A program made the position numbers and the translations under genes. The notes under the pieces were generated by a model. The model was not told the origin of the DNA. It saw only the letters and a program-made list of their open reading frames with translations, and searched no databases. 64,000 bases of DNA from a virus. The stretch is from IMG/VR virus record IMGVR_UViG_3300022752_000026, positions 32,001 to 96,000 of that record; one strand, written 5' to 3'. This document shows positions 18,348-26,121 of this stretch, in pieces. Numbering within the stretch: position 1 is the first letter of the stretch; each line of letters opens with the position of its first letter.

Positions 18348-18864
18348 GCGCTATGACTATAGAGAGGCTTTTACCCTTGGCCACGGCTACAACCAAAAGA
18401 TGGCCAAAAGACTTCAAGACCGAGGAGTTGATTGTTACCCACCGTCCCTCAGATTTGCAGACGATACTCCTGAAGCACGTTTTGAGTTTACCCAAAACGA
18501 AAAAGACATTGTCCTTAATAATCCAAGTGGTTTGATAGAGGTCAAATCAAGCAGCACCTATTGGGAAGATGGAGACCCTTCTTCTATAAGAAGCAATTTC
18601 TCCAGCGTTTTTGTAGATACAGTTTCTTCCTACGAGGAAAAACTCATTAAGCCAATAGCCTATATTTTGGTATCTCAGCATACTGATGGTGTTTTGGTTG
18701 TTCCAGTCACAACAAAACCTCTGTGGCAAGTAAAGAAGAATCTTTATGACAAAAAGCAGGGAATCTTTGATGATTTCTACTTAGTTGAGTTTCAGCACCT
18801 CAAAACTTTTGATGAGTTGGTTTCTCACATTATGAAACAACAACAACTACAAACAACTACATAG
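18340..18864 (+). CDS. PD-(D/E)XK nuclease-like protein
   Basis: KDIVL...IEVKSS motif. Confidence 0.6.
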   Translation: MSERYDYREAFTLGHGYNQKMAKRLQDRGVDCYPPSLRFADDTPEARFEFTQNEKDIVLNNPSGLIEVKSSSTYWEDGDPSSIRSNFSSVFVDTVSSYEEKLIKPIAYILVSQHTDGVLVVPVTTKPLWQVKKNLYDKKQGIFDDFYLVEFQHLKTFDELVSHIMKQQQLQTTT

Positions 18865-18879
18865 TAGTAAAATAAGATT

Positions 18880-18965
18880 GCTGGGCCTTATCTTAGGATT
18901 GGCTTAGTTACCACTGGCCCCCCCTCGCAAATTGTCCACAATTGTCGGGGGGGAGCCAGCCCAGC
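18880..18965 (+). ncRNA. Candidate structured small RNA (86 nt)
   Basis: Ends pair (GCTGGG/CCCAGC); inner CTGGC-C6/G6-A-GCCAG stem; TAAAAT 6 nt upstream. Confidence 0.55.
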
Positions 18966-19059
18966 AAAAAACACACAACACACACCCCTACCCGCCTTTC
19001 CCGCTTATAAAGGAACGAAGGCGCAAAGATTTGCACTTTTTATTGTATAGGTGTATCCT
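18966..19059 (+). repeat. Dispersed intergenic element, copy 3 (variant)
   Basis: TAAAGGAACGAAGGCGCAAA at 19008-19027 with the same AC-rich and C/T flanks. Confidence 0.8.
19031..19059 (+). promoter_or_regulatory. Sigma70-type promoter, leaderless transcript
   Basis: TTGCAC-N17-TATCCT-N6-ATG(19066). Confidence 0.7.
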
Positions 19060-19065
19060 GTCTCC

Positions 19066-19230
19066 ATGACACAAACCATAGACCAAAACGACTTCTACGA
19101 AATCATTGACGAGACATTTGTCTGCTGCGATGAACACCAATTTGTTTACTACTGCAAAGCCCACTCAGAGAGAATGGGTTGCCAGTTCTGCGCCTTTGAC
19201 CCTTACAGTAAATGTGGTTGCGATGAGTAA
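19066..19230 (+). CDS. Cys-rich small protein (54 aa)
   Basis: Not in ORF track; MTQTIDQNDFYEIIDETFVCCDEHQFVYYCKAHSERMGCQFCAFDPYSKCGCDE. Confidence 0.65.
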   Translation: MTQTIDQNDFYEIIDETFVCCDEHQFVYYCKAHSERMGCQFCAFDPYSKCGCDE

Positions 19231-19351
19231 GAAAGCATCAGTTGCTGCCAACAGGGTTGTTATCTGTCCTGAGTGTAAGAAAGAGATTGAAGTTCGCTCT
19301 GGCTTTGCGCACCACACACTAGTTCGTCATATAAAGGAGCATAAGAAATGA
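19223..19351 (+). CDS. C2H2-like zinc-finger peptide
   Basis: CPEC...L.RHIKEH. Confidence 0.65.
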   Translation: MSKKASVAANRVVICPECKKEIEVRSGFAHHTLVRHIKEHKK

Positions 19352-19503
19352 AACTCTTTGGATTAGAGATAAAGCGAAAAGTAAAACCACTCTCTAGTGG
19401 AATGATGGTTAATTGCTACGGCTGCGGTAAACAGTTCTTTCTGTACTCTACTAAAATTAGAGTAATGAATTACTGCTCTCAATGCTCACCTAGAGTTGTA
19501 TAA
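19348..19503 (+). CDS. Zinc-ribbon peptide (51 aa)
   Basis: Not in ORF track; CYGCGKQF...NYCSQC; AAGGAG SD, ATGA overlap. Confidence 0.6.
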   Translation: MKLFGLEIKRKVKPLSSGMMVNCYGCGKQFFLYSTKIRVMNYCSQCSPRVV

Positions 19504-19508
19504 AAGCC

Positions 19509-19603
19509 CACACAAAAAACACACACCTCTCCCCCGTTCTCCCTTTTCGGTTAACGGAATGAAAGCGCGAAGATTTGCATTTTCTATTGTATAGTGCTAT
19601 AGT
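19509..19603 (+). repeat. Dispersed intergenic element, copy 4
   Basis: TAACGGAATGAAAGCGCGAA at 19552-19571. Confidence 0.85.
19575..19603 (+). promoter_or_regulatory. Sigma70-type promoter, leaderless transcript
   Basis: TTGCAT-N17-TATAGT-N6-ATG(19610). Confidence 0.8.
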
Positions 19604-19609
19604 GTTCTT

Positions 19610-19888
19610 ATGAAGACACCAGACAAGTTTGCACTAGAGCGTTACTTTCCTAAAGGAATAGTTCCATCTGATGTAAGCGCTGTTCTTGAGATAAAAGGAA
19701 TCAAGACTCTCAAGAGCGGAGCAAAGTTCAAAGTAAAAGGCGAACGCGGAATGTGGACATTTCTTTATGTTCAAGGTGAAGCGGTTACTTGCTTTGACGG
19801 CCTAGGTCAGTTTAGAAGTATCTCAAAAGACAAAGTGAAAAAGGGAATCAATCGCTCTAAGCGCGAGATTGCTTTGGAGAAGGCTTAG
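19610..19888 (+). CDS. Hypothetical basic protein (SH3-like beta barrel possible)
   Basis: FKVKGERG.WTF...FRS. Confidence 0.7.
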   Translation: MKTPDKFALERYFPKGIVPSDVSAVLEIKGIKTLKSGAKFKVKGERGMWTFLYVQGEAVTCFDGLGQFRSISKDKVKKGINRSKREIALEKA

Positions 19889-19976
19889 TTTTTAGTCCAG
19901 TTGCCTCGTAAGCATCAATAGCGTCATCCATCGTGTAGGGATGTTCTGCCGAGCAGTTGCCACAATTACGACACAT
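19857..19976 (-). CDS. Small Cys-rich peptide
   Basis: MCRNCGNCSAEH... Confidence 0.45.
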   Translation of the reverse strand: MCRNCGNCSAEHPYTMDDAIDAYEATGLKTKPSPKQSRA

Positions 19977-20154
19977 CGTCATCTCCATGGTCATCGCAGA
20001 CAGAATAAAGTCTTTCTTTGATTGCCTTGATGCCAACAGACTTTTTTGCACAGAAGTAGCAAAAAGACCATTGATGCAAGTTCTTCTCACGAAGGTGGTC
20101 CAAATACTGAATCAGCCTTTGGTCCCTACTCCACTGAGTGTGTTGACTTGGCAT
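19966..20154 (-). CDS. Small Zn-finger protein
   Basis: Perfect TATAAT 6 nt before ATG; CYFC...VCDDH. Confidence 0.65.
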   Translation of the reverse strand: MPSQHTQWSRDQRLIQYLDHLREKNLHQWSFCYFCAKKSVGIKAIKERLYSVCDDHGDDDVS

Positions 20155-20182
20155 AGTCTTATTATAGCGTTACAGTTACCCC

Positions 20183-20302
20183 ATGAGAAAACTACTAGCA
20201 AGACCTTTTTGGTTTATCCACGACCAAGCAGATTGGTTCAACCGAGTTGGTTGTTATATTGCCTTTGGCAAGAAATGGAGGACGATGCATGACCCACAAT
20301 GA
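20183..20302 (+). CDS. 39-aa peptide
   Basis: MRKLLARPFWFIHDQADWFNRVGCYIAFGKKWRTMHDPQ; TACAGT 5 nt upstream, back-to-back with the 20154 promoter. Confidence 0.4.
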   Translation: MRKLLARPFWFIHDQADWFNRVGCYIAFGKKWRTMHDPQ

Positions 20303-20570
20303 AAAGAAAGTTATGAAAGAGCCTCCCATGGGGTCAGTAGTAGTTGATATAAGAGGAAGTGCGTGGCAACGACATCCTGTTGGCTGGGCAGTTGCTGGAA
20401 GCGATATGTCATGGTCCTACACTTGGAAGCAACTACTCAAAGAGTTATATAGTCCTATGGATTACCCTTCTCAGGAATGGGCACCAGTCTTGCATGACCC
20501 AAGGCTCCCTTTGATTGTTTATGTCCCCCACGAAGAACTACTACTAGAAGAGGAAGACAATGATGAGTAA
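20289..20570 (+). CDS. Hypothetical protein
   Basis: EPP.GSVV.D..G.AWQR....W motif; start uncertain (20289 or 20313). Confidence 0.65.
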   Translation: MTHNEKKVMKEPPMGSVVVDIRGSAWQRHPVGWAVAGSDMSWSYTWKQLLKELYSPMDYPSQEWAPVLHDPRLPLIVYVPHEELLLEEEDNDE

Positions 20571-20832
20571 TGACGGCGAACTAACCCTAAGGGTCAAAAG
20601 AATCACCTTTGAAGGAGAACCTACCCACTGGGACGTTGAAGGAGAGATTGTTAGAGACGGAGAATCTAGTGGAAGTTATGGTGGCACTGGTCCGACCTTC
20701 TACGGGGTCGTAGATGCCTTCTTTGAGTATCTCCATGAACATCTCAAGGACGAAGAGGACAATAAATGGCTGATGTTCAATGCCAATGTCAAGGCTGAAA
20801 AGAATAATAATCCTGTTATTGACGTCCAATAA
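20560..20832 (+). CDS. Hypothetical protein
   Basis: Coupled ORF with GAGG SD. Confidence 0.6.
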   Translation: MMSNDGELTLRVKRITFEGEPTHWDVEGEIVRDGESSGSYGGTGPTFYGVVDAFFEYLHEHLKDEEDNKWLMFNANVKAEKNNNPVIDVQ

Positions 20833-21000
20833 CAATAAGTTGTTCGTAGTTGAAGCCTAGTATATTAACACACCATATATATCCAATGCCAAAAATCGTC
20901 CAATATGACACTTAGAAATAGGGGCTATTTTTTGTATACTTTTAGGTGTAAGAGTGTATAGTTATGCCTAAGAAACTCCATTTACGAGAGGAAAAGACGC

Positions 21001-21207
21001 ATGGACTGGAAACAACCGTTTGAACTTGCCTTTGAGTTAGGTCTCTGGGCTATTGGCTGGACATTGGTAGCAATCATTGGATTGTTTATTCTTGCGATTG
21101 CTATTGCTGTAGTCAAAGGAACTATTGCCATGTTCAAGGGAAAGAAGCCCACTAAGGAAGTGACCAAGACTTTTAGATTGGTCAAGGGCGATGGCGCGGG
21201 GCAGTAA
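21001..21207 (+). CDS. Single-pass membrane protein
   Basis: Long hydrophobic stretch, basic tail, GAGG SD. Confidence 0.7.
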   Translation: MDWKQPFELAFELGLWAIGWTLVAIIGLFILAIAIAVVKGTIAMFKGKKPTKEVTKTFRLVKGDGAGQ

Positions 21208-21349
21208 GCGCATCAACATCAACCTCGGCTGGGGGACTTGGGATAGTTGGGGGTTTGGTCTCAACTATTGTCCTTATGCTAATTCTGTAACTATTGAGTT
21301 TATCCATTGGTATTTTTATGTAGAGATGTGGAGCCCTAGTGACGACTAA
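21191..21349 (+). CDS. Aromatic-rich small protein (52 aa)
   Basis: Not in ORF track; MARGSKRININLGWGTWDSWGFGLNYCPYANSVTIEFIHWYFYVEMWSPSDD bridges both neighbours. Confidence 0.55.
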   Translation: MARGSKRININLGWGTWDSWGFGLNYCPYANSVTIEFIHWYFYVEMWSPSDD

Positions 21350-22007
21350 AAAGGTTGCTTACTGTTATGCCCGCGTCTCTACCTCCATGCAAGCAGAAGA
21401 AGGCGTAAGTCTTGATGCTCAAGAAAAGCAACTTATTGGGGCAGCAGAGTTCAATGGATACGAAGATGTTCTTATCTTGCGTGAAGAAGGAAAATCTGGA
21501 AAAAGTATCAAGGGAAGACCTGTTCTAACTAAGGCTTTAGAAGACCTTGATAACGGAAAAGCGGAAGCACTTTTTGTAACTCGTTTAGACCGACTTGCTC
21601 GCTCTACAAGAGACTTTTTAGAGATTGTTGACCGTTCACACAAACATGGTTGGCGTCTAATGCTTCTTGATTTAGGTTTAGATACTGCAACTTATCAGGG
21701 CCGCTTTGTTGTAACCATTATGTCTGCAATGGCTGAAATGGAGCGCGGAATGATTTCTATGCGCCAAAAAGACATTCATCAAGATAGAAGAAGCAGTGGT
21801 AAGCGCTGGGGAGTTGATTTAGGACCACTACCACTTGTATCTAAAGACATTGAAGAAAGAATAAATAAAGAAAGAGATGCAGGACTTTCTTATAAAGAAA
21901 TTTCTGATAATTTGAATAAAGATGCAATACCAACTCTTCTAAAAGGTAAAAAATGGTATGCATCAACTGTTCGTGACATATATTTACGTTATAAATCAAC
22001 TAGTTAG
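21339..22007 (+). CDS. Serine recombinase (resolvase family) with short C-terminal DNA-binding region
   Basis: YARVST catalytic Ser, SGK...RP, TRLDRLAR, AEMER; LN...IPT..G.KW..STV. Confidence 0.92.
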   Translation: MTTKKVAYCYARVSTSMQAEEGVSLDAQEKQLIGAAEFNGYEDVLILREEGKSGKSIKGRPVLTKALEDLDNGKAEALFVTRLDRLARSTRDFLEIVDRSHKHGWRLMLLDLGLDTATYQGRFVVTIMSAMAEMERGMISMRQKDIHQDRRSSGKRWGVDLGPLPLVSKDIEERINKERDAGLSYKEISDNLNKDAIPTLLKGKKWYASTVRDIYLRYKSTS

Positions 22008-22065
22008 ACTTTCATTACTGTAAAATTATCTCCGTCATATTCTTCTGTGGTGGGAGATTTACTAA

Positions 22066-25000
22066 ATGCGCCGTTCGGCTGCTCGCTTTTTATTATTACC
22101 TATTACTAAAAAAGCAATAATAGGTCTTTTTGGGTATTCATTTTTTGTAGTAATCTATTCAATACTTGCCCCGACTTCTGCTTATGCAGAAGAAGGCGTT
22201 CCACAAGATGGGGGTGCTGGCGGAAACAATAACCAGTCTAATTCCAGTGCGTCGTCGGGAGGTGGTCCAGAGGCTTCTTCACAGAGTTCAGCGCCAGAAC
22301 CTATAACTGAAGCGGCAACTGCTGTAGCAACAGCAGAATCTAACGTAACAAGTCTTGAAACTAAAGTCACTCAAATTCAGGAGGTAGCATCATCAATACC
22401 CCAACCATCACAACAAGTTTCTCAATCAATTCAAACTGCGACTACATCATTACAGGAAGCATCTAGCGCAACGGAATCAGCAGCAACATCAGTTGCTACA
22501 GCACAAGCGGCAGTTACTGCGTCAGAGACTGCAAACACTAATCTGGCTCAAGCAACTGCCGCTGTGTCATCTCAAGAGACAGTAGTTGCTACGGCTCAGT
22601 CTGCGGCAACATCAGCAGCACAAGCGGTAACAACTCAAGAAGCAGTGGTTGCTTCAGCACAAACAACAGCAACAGCAGCCCAAGCAGCGGCAAATGCAGC
22701 AAATACAACTACAACAGTTACAGAGACTTTTACCAACAACACAACTTCCGTTGTAACAATTACAACTGGAGCAAGTGGAACTTCGCCTCTTCCAAACAGT
22801 AACGTATCTATTAGTGGACCTTGGAACACACCACAAACATCAGGCCCTGCGCTTGTTCTTATGAATCCAACCAATGATGTTATTATCAATGTAAATCCAA
22901 CTGGTCAGGGAACTGTTACTTCTGTAACTATGGGTGTTTATGCCAAAAATGGCGACACAAATATGATTGCTACAAACTCAGATGGAACAACAACTACTGA
23001 AGTAATAAACAATAACGTATCTTCTCAGACACAAGCAGTCGGATATACCTCAACAGAGACTATAACTGGCTCAAACATTCAAACAGTAACTATTAAAAAA
23101 GATGCTGACTATTATGTTGTTGACAATATTGCTGTAACTAAAACAACTTCTGACCCAGCCCTTACAGCCGCTGCCCAACAAGCCAACGCCACCCTTGCGT
23201 CAGAGCAAACAACCTTAACTACTCTTCAGGCTACTAATGCAGAAGCACAAACAACTTTATCTTCTGCTCAATCAACTCTAACAACTCTTCAATCGTCAGA
23301 ATCAACTGCTACCACTACGGCTCAGCAAGCAGAGACAACAGCAACTAACGCAACTACAACAGCAGTTACCGTTTCTGCAACGGCAACAGCAGAAGTAAAA
23401 GAAGCAACTGTTGACGTTGCTAAGGCTCAGATTGTTGTTTCATCAGCAGCAGTAGAAGTTTTATCTTCTACAGTCACCGCTCTTACACAGACTGCTAATA
23501 CGCTTCAACCTACAACAGAAGTAACTACTGCTATAACAACAGCAACCACTGAAGTTGCTCAAGCACAAGCAGCAGTGACAGCAGCACAGACAGCAATGGC
23601 TACCGCAGAAACTTTAGCAGCGAACGCTCCAACAGTGGCAGCAGCAACTGCTGTAGTTGAGGACAAGACAGCAGTTCTCTTAACTGCTCAAAATGCTGTA
23701 GATGCTCAGGAAGTTGTTGTCGCTCAAGCAACCACCGCTGAGGCAACTGCTCAGGCTGTAGTAAATGCTGCTACATCACCAGGTCTTAAAGTAGAAGTAT
23801 TCAATGTTCAAGGACAGAACAATGCTCCAGTTCTTCCAGCAGGTGCTACACCAATTCTTACAACTACTGATACAAATGGAATCAATGAGCAATGGGGTAA
23901 CGGTAACGTCGCTGGTTCTAATCGTTCAGAAGATGTCATTGTTCGTTATAGCGGAGATATTACGTTTCCAGTGGGGGGAACTATTCGTTTTTATGCTCCT
24001 GGGGATGACGGAGTAAGGGTCACAATCGGCGGGCTTCGGGTAATCAATGATTGGTATGACAAGGGTGGCGGCGGCTCAACTGCTATGGAAAATTTTAATT
24101 CAAATACACCTTATTCTTTTGAACTTATGTATTATGAAAATGGTGGCGGAGCCTGGGTTCAGATGTATTGGCACATTGGTCAGGGATACACAATTATTCC
24201 TGGCTCAGCCTTTACTAATTCAACTGCAACAATTCAGCAATTACAAACTTTAGCAACAGCAGAGGCCACACTTGAGCAAGAGCAAAATGAACTTGAATTT
24301 TTAGAAGCAGAAGAAGACCAGGCTGCTACTAATTTGGCTAATGCTCAATCTAACTTAGTTTCTGCTCAGCAAGCAGTAACTGCTATGAATACAGCAGTTA
24401 CTTTGGCTCAAACAGCAATTACCGAAACTGTTCAAGCAATACAAGCAGTTCAAACTGCTGATGTTGTTGTATCAACAACTCAAGACTCTCAGCAAGCAGC
24501 ACAGGCTGCGGCACAAGCAGCAGCAGCACAATTAGCAGCAGAACAAGCAGCAGCACAGGCTTTAGCAGCACAACAAGCAGCGCAAGCGGCTGCTCAAGCG
24601 GCTGCTCAAGCGGCAGCGGCACAAGCGGCTCAATTAGCAGCACAACAAGCAGCGCAAGCAGCAGCAGCGCAAGCAGCAGCACAGGCAGCATCTGCTGCTC
24701 AAGCAGCGCAAGCAGCAGCAATAGCAGCAGCACAACAAGCAGCGCAAGCAGCAGCGCAAGCAGCGGCAGCAGAGGCAGCACGAATTGCTGCTGAAAAACA
24801 AGCAGCAGATGAGGCTCGTGCAGCAGCAGAAGCAGCAGCACAAGCAGCAGCACAACAACAAACAACTGCTGAAACTTCTGCATCATCAGCGCAATCATCA
24901 GCAACTACAGCACAAGAACAACAAACAACTGCTGAAGAACTTAGTCCTCCACCTCCACCTCCCCCAAGTGAACCAGAACCTCCAGTTGAACCTGAAGTCC

Positions 25001-25881
25001 CACCTACACCAGTAGAACCTGAAGAACCTCCTGCTGAAGAACCACCAGCAGAAGAACCTCCTGCTGAAGAACCACCAGCAGAAGAACCACCAGCAGAAGA
25101 ACCTCCTGCTGAAGAACCACCAGCAGAAGAACCACCAGCAGAAGAACCTCCTGCTGAAGAACCACCAGCAGAAGAACCACCAGCAGAAGAACCACCAGCA
25201 GAAGAACCTCCTGCTGAAGAACCACCTGCTCCTGTTGAACCTGAAAAACCAACAACTCCAGAAGAAGCAGTAGCAGAGGTTGTAAAAGATGCTATGGCAG
25301 ATGGAAAACTTACTGCTGAAGAAAAAGAAGCAGTAGTTACTGCAATATTAGCAACTGTTGCTCCAGGAGAAGCAGTCTCAGGCGATGCGATAAAAGAAGC
25401 AGGACTAACTTATTCAGATTTACCACCAGCAACACCTGTAGATGTTCGTACAGATGAAAATGGCAATGCTGTTGTTATTACTGCGGAAGTAGCAGCAGCC
25501 CTTGAGATACTTGACAATCCAGTACAATTGTTATCCGAAGTTTTCTCTGACCCTGGTAAAGTGCTTCTTGCTTTATCTAGTTTAGGTGCTGATATGAGCC
25601 CAGAAGAACGAGAAGAAGCAGAGAAAATGGTTGTGACAGTTGTTGTCGCTGGTCAAGCAGTGCAGACTGCTTTAGGTGCAGCGGCAGCAGCGACAGGTGC
25701 AGCCGGCGGTGGAGCATCATCTGGTGGAAGCGGTGGAAGTAAAACTCCTTCATCTCCTAGAGGAGGCGGGGATGCTGGCGCTCCTACTGGACGTGAAGAT
25801 GGTACTCGTCGCAAACCAAAAACAAGAAGAGTAAGAAAAACAAAAATTAAGAAGGCAACTAGAACAAGGAGAGCAAAATAA
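22066..25881 (+). CDS. Large exported/membrane protein with PA14 domain, Ala/Thr/Gln coiled coils and EEPPA stalk
   Basis: Signal-like N-terminus ending AYA|EE; PA14 motifs INEQWG, DDGVRV.I....VINDWYD, YYENGGGA; Pro/Glu repeats; hydrophobic segment then basic tail. Confidence 0.8.
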   Translation: MRRSAARFLLLPITKKAIIGLFGYSFFVVIYSILAPTSAYAEEGVPQDGGAGGNNNQSNSSASSGGGPEASSQSSAPEPITEAATAVATAESNVTSLETKVTQIQEVASSIPQPSQQVSQSIQTATTSLQEASSATESAATSVATAQAAVTASETANTNLAQATAAVSSQETVVATAQSAATSAAQAVTTQEAVVASAQTTATAAQAAANAANTTTTVTETFTNNTTSVVTITTGASGTSPLPNSNVSISGPWNTPQTSGPALVLMNPTNDVIINVNPTGQGTVTSVTMGVYAKNGDTNMIATNSDGTTTTEVINNNVSSQTQAVGYTSTETITGSNIQTVTIKKDADYYVVDNIAVTKTTSDPALTAAAQQANATLASEQTTLTTLQATNAEAQTTLSSAQSTLTTLQSSESTATTTAQQAETTATNATTTAVTVSATATAEVKEATVDVAKAQIVVSSAAVEVLSSTVTALTQTANTLQPTTEVTTAITTATTEVAQAQAAVTAAQTAMATAETLAANAPTVAAATAVVEDKTAVLLTAQNAVDAQEVVVAQATTAEATAQAVVNAATSPGLKVEVFNVQGQNNAPVLPAGATPILTTTDTNGINEQWGNGNVAGSNRSEDVIVRYSGDITFPVGGTIRFYAPGDDGVRVTIGGLRVINDWYDKGGGGSTAMENFNSNTPYSFELMYYENGGGAWVQMYWHIGQGYTIIPGSAFTNSTATIQQLQTLATAEATLEQEQNELEFLEAEEDQAATNLANAQSNLVSAQQAVTAMNTAVTLAQTAITETVQAIQAVQTADVVVSTTQDSQQAAQAAAQAAAAQLAAEQAAAQALAAQQAAQAAAQAAAQAAAAQAAQLAAQQAAQAAAAQAAAQAASAAQAAQAAAIAAAQQAAQAAAQAAAAEAARIAAEKQAADEARAAAEAAAQAAAQQQTTAETSASSAQSSATTAQEQQTTAEELSPPPPPPPSEPEPPVEPEVPPTPVEPEEPPAEEPPAEEPPAEEPPAEEPPAEEPPAEEPPAEEPPAEEPPAEEPPAEEPPAEEPPAEEPPAEEPPAPVEPEKPTTPEEAVAEVVKDAMADGKLTAEEKEAVVTAILATVAPGEAVSGDAIKEAGLTYSDLPPATPVDVRTDENGNAVVITAEVAAALEILDNPVQLLSEVFSDPGKVLLALSSLGADMSPEEREEAEKMVVTVVVAGQAVQTALGAAAAATGAAGGGASSGGSGGSKTPSSPRGGGDAGAPTGREDGTRRKPKTRRVRKTKIKKATRTRRAK
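25021..25230 (+). repeat. 15-bp coding tandem repeat x14 (EEPPA)
   Basis: Two DNA variants GAAGAACCTCCTGCT and GAAGAACCACCAGCA, last unit hybrid. Confidence 0.95.
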
Positions 25882-26057
25882 TGAAAGACTTCCTCAGAGA
25901 TGTTTTAGACCAAGTCTGGACACTACTAGGCATGTTTATTGCTTGGCTTGTTCTTGACGGGTCTGCAAAAACAGTTGTAGGTTGGGCAATCATTTTCTCT
26001 ATGGTCGTATGGTGGGCAACATACCCAATCAGACGCGATAGAGATGAGGACGAGTAA
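25881..26057 (+). CDS. 58-aa 2-TM membrane protein coupled to the PA14 protein
   Basis: Not in ORF track; MKDFLRDVLDQVWTLLGMFIAWLVLDGSAKTVVGWAIIFSMVVWWATYPIRRDRDEDE; TAATG overlap, AGGAG SD. Confidence 0.75.
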   Translation: MKDFLRDVLDQVWTLLGMFIAWLVLDGSAKTVVGWAIIFSMVVWWATYPIRRDRDEDE

Positions 26058-26121
26058 ACCCAAATAACCCCTCAACTCTCCGTTATGATAGTGCTACCCA
26101 CTATTTATAATGGAGTTGACA

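Noticed and set aside
11534-18864. Methyltransferases plus nucleases as a restriction-modification system
   Set aside because: The nucleases are 4-6 kb from the methyltransferases and two look like HNH homing types; orphan protective methylases are the simpler reading.
18880-18965. Second tRNA or intrinsic terminator
   Set aside because: No T-loop, anticodon arm or CCA; the hairpin is not followed by a U tract on either strand.
13463-19603. Dispersed repeat as a CRISPR array, with the Cas4-like gene at 58955
   Set aside because: Copies are 0.5-3.7 kb apart with genes between them; the Cas4-like nuclease sits in a standard Sak4/SSB/helicase recombination block and no other cas genes are present.
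24419-25255. Leu/Val- and Cys-rich ORFs (24419-24904, 24634-24861, 25004-25255)
   Set aside because: Antisense shadows of GCA/CAA and EEPPA repeats in the 1271-aa gene.
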